This document shows, piece by piece, positions 34,914 to 38,956 of a stretch of 38,956 bases of DNA. Under the pieces are notes generated by a model. That model was not told where the DNA came from. It saw only the letters and a program-made list of their open reading frames with translations, and ran no database searches. Origin of the DNA: a virus (lineage: Duplodnaviria > Caudoviricetes); the IMG/VR virus record IMGVR_UViG_3300019765_000008, positions 1-38,956 of that record. One strand, given 5' to 3'. The translations under genes were made by a program, and so were the position numbers. Position 1 is the stretch's first letter, and each line of letters starts with the position of its first letter.

Positions 34914-36860
34914 ATGCCAAGTAGAGACAGAACACCATACGAATCGGCAACGGTACTAGACCAAGACCTTCTTGACGAGATGCAAGACAATCTAAGAAAC
35001 GGCCTTCGGTCGATCATAGAAGTAACGGCGCCGGATGATAGCATCATTAGGGTTTCAGATCGAAACACCTATGTTGGTGAACACTTCTATGAAGCTAGGA
35101 CAAACTTTCCAGCAATCACAAGAAACGTAGGAGACTGGCTGGGTGGTTCACTGGTTTTTTCTGAAATTGAATTTGTCATTTCTAACGCCGATGGATTTTA
35201 TAACAATCTTTTACCCGCTGGAGATGACTTTTCAGACTGGAAGGGAAGACCCGTAGAGCTAAAAATTGGGCTTGGTGAAATAGAATCTACATATATTTCA
35301 GTATTCAAAGGCACGATAAGCAATGAGGGCGGTTTTAGTAGAGATGTGACTAGCTTTAAAATACGGGCTAGAAATGATCTTGAAAAAGTGAATGTAAGTT
35401 TTCCAAACACTGTATTTACAAACCTGAGTCATCCAAAAGGAAACGATGAGCTATGGGGTTCTACGGTTCCCCTTGTCTATGGAGATTGGACGGTTGAAGT
35501 TACTGGTGGTGGTGCTAGCTTACCTGCATTAGTTACCAATGGAGCTGATATTTACGTTAATGGTGAATCTATACCCGTAGAAATTTCTGTTGGTTCACCG
35601 GCTATTTTTACAAGCGCAAGACATAGGCTAGATGTTAACAACAAGATAGAGCTAGAAACAGACGGGACTTTGCCCACAGGGCTTTCCCCTGGTGAATACT
35701 TTGTGAAGCAAGTTGTTTCTGTTGACACTTTTACAGTATCAGCAACAGCCGGTGGCGCTGCAATCAATACAACAGGAGCGGGTAGCGGTAGTCATACAGT
35801 CAGAAAACCAGACGCCGAAAGCTTTGGAAACGTACAGTTAACTATATCCGAAAATGACCTAGAAAGTTTTACCACTTCAGAGGTTTATCTTATTCGGTCG
35901 GACCTTTTCTTTAAAATACCGGCTTCACTTGTCACAAGTGTTGGCGCTGGAAACAAGACTTTTGAGATTATTCAAAATAGTGCGTCTTTTCAGATTGACG
36001 GTCAAAACTGGACTTACACAAATTCTGATGAATTTTATGTAAAAGCTAAAGGCAAAGAGATTGACGGCAGTTATAATAATAACCCAGTATGGATAGCTAG
36101 GGATATTTTAAAAACTTACGGCGGTTTAATTGACAGTGATTTTAATTCCAGTTGGGCTACTTTTAGGGATAAGCCTAGTGTATCTAGCACGAAGGCTAGA
36201 GCATATATTAGAGAGCCACAAAACACCATGGAATACACTGTCTCTCTTATGGAGCAAGTCGCGCTAGAGCCGTTTGTAAACCGTGATTTAAAGTTTTCTA
36301 TCAATTCACTTCAGTTTGATGATTGGGACGCTAGCGCCGATTTTAGAGTCAAGAATTGGGATGTAGAAAGAAACACCTTTAAACCAACAATTGACCAAAG
36401 AAATAATTTTAATCGGGCTAGGGGTATTTACAATTTTTTGCCAAATCTTGGAGAAAACGCTTGGTCAACAAATTATTACAGAAATCAGGCGGCAATTGAC
36501 CAGCAAGGGATTAGCGAGACAAAAGCACTAATATATCCTAATTTGTACCAAGAAGACCGCGTGGAATACTTCTTAACCGAAACCCTAAAACTAACAAGCG
36601 CCTTTAGAGAAGTTGGGAATTTTACCGCAACCCCAAGAGCGTTCTTGCTAGATATTGGGGAATTTATTAAGATAGATGTACAAATCGGTTCATCTATTTT
36701 TGACGATGTACCGTTCATGATTAGAAATATTAGCTATGACCCAGCTACACTGAAAATAAGCATGAGCGGTTGGATTATGTCAATGGTTCCTTTCCCTGGT
36801 TACGAGCCTAACTATGCTGGAACTGTTGGTGGCTACAACGCAACGATTACAGAAGAATAA
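34914..36860 (+). CDS. Tail tip / baseplate hub-like protein
   Basis: Position; ISNADG, VFKGTI, VPLVYGD, NPVWIARDIL, LDIGEFIKI patterns typical of hub/central tail proteins. Confidence 0.72.
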   Translation: MPSRDRTPYESATVLDQDLLDEMQDNLRNGLRSIIEVTAPDDSIIRVSDRNTYVGEHFYEARTNFPAITRNVGDWLGGSLVFSEIEFVISNADGFYNNLLPAGDDFSDWKGRPVELKIGLGEIESTYISVFKGTISNEGGFSRDVTSFKIRARNDLEKVNVSFPNTVFTNLSHPKGNDELWGSTVPLVYGDWTVEVTGGGASLPALVTNGADIYVNGESIPVEISVGSPAIFTSARHRLDVNNKIELETDGTLPTGLSPGEYFVKQVVSVDTFTVSATAGGAAINTTGAGSGSHTVRKPDAESFGNVQLTISENDLESFTTSEVYLIRSDLFFKIPASLVTSVGAGNKTFEIIQNSASFQIDGQNWTYTNSDEFYVKAKGKEIDGSYNNNPVWIARDILKTYGGLIDSDFNSSWATFRDKPSVSSTKARAYIREPQNTMEYTVSLMEQVALEPFVNRDLKFSINSLQFDDWDASADFRVKNWDVERNTFKPTIDQRNNFNRARGIYNFLPNLGENAWSTNYYRNQAAIDQQGISETKALIYPNLYQEDRVEYFLTETLKLTSAFREVGNFTATPRAFLLDIGEFIKIDVQIGSSIFDDVPFMIRNISYDPATLKISMSGWIMSMVPFPGYEPNYAGTVGGYNATITEE

Positions 36861-36871
36861 AGGATTTAAAA

Positions 36872-37579
36872 ATGGCTGTTAATTTATTTGTGTGTCCAAC
36901 ACTTGTTGCTTCAGACACTAGCGCACCTTCTGAATTTTCTGATTCATTAGCCGGTGGTGGCTCAGGGCTTAACCTTGGCCAAGTTGCAAATGGGCTTTAT
37001 GCGCCGATTGTAGACCAAGGGCTAAACCAAGGAGCGCAATTAGTTTATCTTTCTCACGATGCTACAATCGACCCGATTACAGATGTAAAGATTTACATTG
37101 GGCAATACTCAGGAACTTACGGTGGTGCGGTTTCAGCGGCTTCAGATTTTTCTAGTATCGTAGCAGAAGGCCAAAATTCAAGCGCAACTACCGGCGACAA
37201 AAACAATTCCAATGGAACGGCTTCTGGTGTTTGGATAGACTTTCAGTGGGACGTATCCGAGACAAATCAATTTGACATTGCTACCAGAGCAACGGACGTT
37301 AAAATATTTGGAGACAACGGAACAGACGGTATTGACGCGGTAAGTGCTTTCGATCTTCCTGCTAGTTCTATGCTTTACGCTGCAAACTCGGCGAGTGAAG
37401 CGGCACCGAACACCCCTGAAGCTGGAAAGATCGGTATTTCTACAGGTGGCGGCTTTGGTGGAGACTTCACACTAGGAAACAGAGCCAAGGTTAGAAACAG
37501 AATCTATCTACGTTCAACATTCCCAGACGGTGGGATTTTTCAATACGATACACTTTTCAGGTATTCATTTACTGCTTAA
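36872..37579 (+). CDS. Putative virion structural protein
   Basis: Gly/Ser/Ala-rich 235 aa in the tail module; AAGGA RBS. Confidence 0.65.
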   Translation: MAVNLFVCPTLVASDTSAPSEFSDSLAGGGSGLNLGQVANGLYAPIVDQGLNQGAQLVYLSHDATIDPITDVKIYIGQYSGTYGGAVSAASDFSSIVAEGQNSSATTGDKNNSNGTASGVWIDFQWDVSETNQFDIATRATDVKIFGDNGTDGIDAVSAFDLPASSMLYAANSASEAAPNTPEAGKIGISTGGGFGGDFTLGNRAKVRNRIYLRSTFPDGGIFQYDTLFRYSFTA

Positions 37580-37594
37580 AAGGATTTTAAAACT

Positions 37595-37984
37595 ATGGCG
37601 CAAGTATTGCCCAAAGGTAAGTATGAAGCATGTTGGTTTATCGACTATTCAAACGATAGGCCAACAAAAAAAGGAATCTATAATTTTGCAAGCAATCGAC
37701 CAGAAGAGATGGCATACTCTCAGCCTAAAGATCATATAGCTAAAGCTGGTATTTTAGCTCGGTGCGGTAACAGGGTTGAAAGAGTTGTTTTAAATTGTGA
37801 AGGTTATGATTTTTGCAATTTTGAATGGGTTGCTGGTAAATCTGCTTTGACTGGAAAATCAGGGCTAAACGGTTTAACATTAGTAACAAGAAACGAAAGA
37901 GCTACTTTTTTCTTTGACGGTTCGGTGGACATTAAGAAAAGAGATAATTCAGAAGATAAACTTTTTCATTACGGTAGAGGCTAA
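37595..37984 (+). CDS. Hypothetical protein
   Basis: 129 aa; AAGGA RBS. Confidence 0.7.
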   Translation: MAQVLPKGKYEACWFIDYSNDRPTKKGIYNFASNRPEEMAYSQPKDHIAKAGILARCGNRVERVVLNCEGYDFCNFEWVAGKSALTGKSGLNGLTLVTRNERATFFFDGSVDIKKRDNSEDKLFHYGRG

Positions 37985-37987
37985 ATC

Positions 37988-38956
37988 ATGGCAGAAACTA
38001 CAACGGACTACGGACGGCAAAACCTACCTTGGCCAGATTTGGGCTTTGATGCTGGTGTGAATCTTCACGCTGCAATCGTGGGAAGTGTTGCGGTTTTATC
38101 CGATCAAATAAGCGCGAAATGGTCAGGCTCGCAAGCAATACCAGCGGGCAACACAATCCAACTTGCCCATAACTTCGGGCTAAGTTTAGGTGAACTTAGA
38201 ATTAGAATTGTTGAGTCAGGCGCAGAATTGACCCAAGGTAATGATACTGATTTTGGTATCAGTGAAGTTGATGTTAACACCATTAACATTCAAAACAATG
38301 ATGCGGTTGCAAGAACTATTGAAATCTATGTTTACCCACGCGCAAAAATGCGAGGAGAAGACCTAGACCCTGCTATAGTGATTAACACCACAGGAAACGC
38401 TACTGTTGGCAATATGACCGTAACAGGTGACTTAGAGGTTCAGGGTACTACCACGACACTAAACACCGAAACGCTGGACGTTGAAGACGCGAATATTACC
38501 ATTAACAAAGGTGGTACAGATGCAAGTGCTGAAGGTGCTGGGCTTACCATTAAAGGGACTGGAGGTAGTGACCTTGGTGGTGTTGAATACGATTCATCTT
38601 TAAATTCTAAGTTTAAAGTTGGTGACGCGACCAAGAGAGAAATTTTAACAGCCGATGGCCAGCAAAGTGTTACCAACAAAGATATAGACGGTGGGACGGC
38701 AAGCAATACAAGTAGAATAGCGGTTCCCCGTGGTGCTGATTTGGCTACGCTTCAAGCTTTAACCAGAAAGCAAGGCGCGATTGTTTACAATCAAGATAAA
38801 GATGAATTTCTTGGAGACACAGGCACAGAGTTAAAAACCATTGGCGGTGGCGGTGGTCTTGTCCCATTGGCCATAGATCATACCTTTGCAGGGACGATTG
38901 AAAGAGATACAGAATACATGGTGGATCTTTCAGCCGGTTCACTTGCTGTAAATCTA
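37988..38956 (+). CDS. Tail fibre-like protein, truncated at window end (not in ORF track)
   Basis: ATG at 37988 after GAGG; open to the end of the window: MAETTTDYGRQNLPWPDLGF...TVTGDLEVQGTTTTLNTETLDVEDANITINKGG, a phage fibre-type motif. Confidence 0.78.
   Translation, partial: MAETTTDYGRQNLPWPDLGFDAGVNLHAAIVGSVAVLSDQISAKWSGSQAIPAGNTIQLAHNFGLSLGELRIRIVESGAELTQGNDTDFGISEVDVNTINIQNNDAVARTIEIYVYPRAKMRGEDLDPAIVINTTGNATVGNMTVTGDLEVQGTTTTLNTETLDVEDANITINKGGTDASAEGAGLTIKGTGGSDLGGVEYDSSLNSKFKVGDATKREILTADGQQSVTNKDIDGGTASNTSRIAVPRGADLATLQALTRKQGAIVYNQDKDEFLGDTGTELKTIGGGGGLVPLAIDHTFAGTIERDTEYMVDLSAGSLAVNL

Noticed and set aside
1-38956. Stop-codon reassignment or a diversity-generating retroelement
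   Set aside because: Genes are full length in the standard code with TAA, TAG and TGA all used as stops; no reverse transcriptase or template/variable repeat pair seen

Overview
The window is about 39 kb of a tailed dsDNA phage genome with siphovirus-type morphogenesis genes. All convincing genes are on the + strand. (1) Replication module, 1-7.8 kb: SSB-like protein, an SF2 helicase carrying two inteins, HTH protein, VRR-NUC nuclease and a TOPRIM primase-helicase. (2) A non-coding origin-like region, 7.8-8.3 kb, with 11 GTTACC repeats and a DnaA box. (3) Small genes behind repeated sigma70-like promoters, followed by an amidase endolysin. (4) A self-contained cassette encoding an IbrB/YbdM-like ParB-fold protein fused to an extra domain, plus an IbrA/YbdN-like PAPS-reductase/DUF3440 protein; this is a candidate DNA/nucleotide modification system and the strongest lead in the window. 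(5) Metallophosphoesterase, HExxH protein and a second membrane/lysis cluster. (6) Terminase, a CsrA-like gene, a portal-MuF fusion, prohead protease and HK97-fold capsid. (7) Neck, tail tube, frameshifted tail chaperones, a 1616-aa tape measure and tail-tip genes running off the right end. No integrase, DNA polymerase, intact tRNA or CRISPR array was seen. All family assignments come from motif recognition by eye; no database search was run.
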